Part shown: positions 62,774 through 64,000 of the stretch, in pieces
How the letters are laid out: each line of letters starts with the position of its first letter
How positions within the stretch are numbered: the stretch's first letter is position 1
Assembly: GCA_963789955.1 (NCBI GenBank)
Contig: CAWBMV010000012.1
Location: 160,001-224,000, forward strand
Origin: an uncultured Candidatus Rokubacteria bacterium
GTDB taxonomy: Bacteria > Methylomirabilota > Methylomirabilia > Rokubacteriales > CSP1-6
Direction of reading: 5' to 3'
DNA: 64,000 nucleotides
Notes under the pieces: model-generated
Told to the model about the DNA's origin: nothing
The model's input: only the letters and a program-made list of their open reading frames with translations
Database searches by the model: none
Made by a program: the position numbers and the translations under genes

Positions 62774-63752
62774 ATGGCGGTCCAGACGACGCGGTCGGTC
62801 GAGGAGCTCGAGGCGTATTGCGCGCGGCTGAGGGCGGCGGGGCTCGACGCGCCGTGGTCCAGGCCGGGGCCGCTCATTCCGCCGAAGCCCACCGCGACGC
62901 AAGCGCGCCACTGGCGCTGGCGCGACATCGAGCCGCTGCTGTTCGAGAGCAGCGAATACCTGAGCCCGCATCGCGGAGCCGAGCGCCGGGTTCTGCGTCT
63001 GCACAACCCGGGAGTGCCGGAGCGGACCGTCGCCCACAGTCTCGTGCTGGCGGTTCAGTACCTGCTGCCCGGCGAGGTCGCGCCGGCCCATCGACACTCG
63101 CCGACCGCGATCCGGTTCATGCTCCATGGTGAAGGAGCCTTCACGACCGTCGACGGTCAGAAGTGCGCCATGAAGCCCGGCGACCTGGTGGTGACCCCCG
63201 GGATGGCGTGGCACGACCACGGCAACGAGGGCGGCAAGCCCATCTACTGGATGGACATCCTCGATTGGCAGATCGTGCGCTTTCTCGAGAACCTGACCTT
63301 CGAGCCGTATCCGGACGAGCAGCAGCCGGCGCTCCGCAGCCCCGGGCGTGACATCTACTTCCCGTGGACCGAGGCCTACGCGGCGCTCCTGAAGCGCGCC
63401 GAGCAAGCGCCCGATCCGTTCGACGACGTCCTGCTCGAGTACGCCGATCCGGCGAGCGGAGGCTCGCTCCGCCCGACCGGTCGGGTGCTACTTGCAGATG
63501 CTGCGCCCGGGCGTGCGGACCAGGGCACACCGCGAGACGAGCACCGCCGTCTATCGCGTGGTGCAGGGGCGGGGGACCACCACCGTCGACGATCAGATCT
63601 TCGAGTGGGAGCCGGGCGACTTCTTCGTGATCCCGCCGCGGGCTCGTCACGCGCACGCGAACCTGGGTACCGAGCCGGTCGTCCTGTTCAGCGCGCAGGA
63701 TGTTCCGCTGCTCAAGCTCCTGCGTCTCTACCGGATGGAGCCAGCCGACTGA
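62774..63752 (+). CDS. Bicupin dioxygenase, gentisate 1,2-dioxygenase-like, frameshift near 63480
   Basis: AERRVLRLHNPG, QYLLPGEVAPAHRHSPTAIRF, WHDHGN; second cupin WEPGDFFVIPP. Confidence 0.85.
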
Positions 63753-63785
63753 CTCGATAGCAACGTCGCGAGGAGGGACTCTCTT

Positions 63786-64000
63786 ATGGCACGCTCCGGC
63801 TACCGGATCTTCGACGCCGACACGCACATCATCGAAGCCGCCGAACCGATCGAGGCGTACCTCTCGGCCGCCGACAAGGCCCGCCTTGCGGCGCTCGGCC
63901 CTCTCGTCGGGCGCGCGCCTGCCAAAGGCGGCATGTCACGCTACCGCGTCGGCAAGCGGCCCGACCTGAATCGGATGCTCGGCTCTCGCGATCGGGTGCC
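63786..64000 (+). CDS. Amidohydrolase family 2 protein, 5' part (runs off window end)
   Basis: RBS GAGGAGGG; MARSGYRIFDADTHIIE (DxDxH motif). Confidence 0.75.
   Translation, partial: MARSGYRIFDADTHIIEAAEPIEAYLSAADKARLAALGPLVGRAPAKGGMSRYRVGKRPDLNRMLGSRDRV

Noticed and set aside
1..64000. CRISPR arrays, tRNA/rRNA genes, phage or defence genes, RiPP precursors
   Set aside because: No regularly spaced repeats, RNA-gene signatures or diagnostic protein motifs seen by eye; a covariance-model scan would be needed to exclude small ncRNAs.

Overview
This is a high-GC (roughly 70% by eye) bacterial contig segment. Its gene content (many orphan family-5 solute-binding proteins, several amidohydrolases, an LLM oxidoreductase, a class III cyclase-AAA-TPR protein) is consistent with a soil Candidatus Rokubacteria (Methylomirabilota)-like organism, which is an inference. 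Many genes carry 1-nt indels clustered in blocks, most likely long-read consensus errors, so coordinates of broken genes are approximate. Main loci: (i) catabolic and transport genes at 1-20.7 kb; (ii) a czcCBA-like RND efflux operon with a convergent OmpR-family two-component pair; (iii) a hydantoinase/oxoprolinase, MetE-like, amidohydrolase and peptide-ABC cluster; (iv) a lower-GC GT4 gene beside an IS21 remnant; (v) an extended divergent chromate/oxyanion locus (chrA, atypical LMW-PTP/ArsC-fold protein, two ABC exporters | chrB, ConA/DUF1080-like, DUF1259, chrF-like, YVTN propeller) whose two arms share one palindromic bidirectional promoter; (vi) a divergent cbb3-type oxidase operon with a tri-heme CcoO fusion, three tiny membrane proteins and a CtaG-type chaperone. 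Two abrupt gene-truncating junctions (~12963 and ~44570) are deletions or assembly chimeras. I found no rRNA, tRNA or CRISPR array. The best candidate for an under-described system is the extended chr locus.
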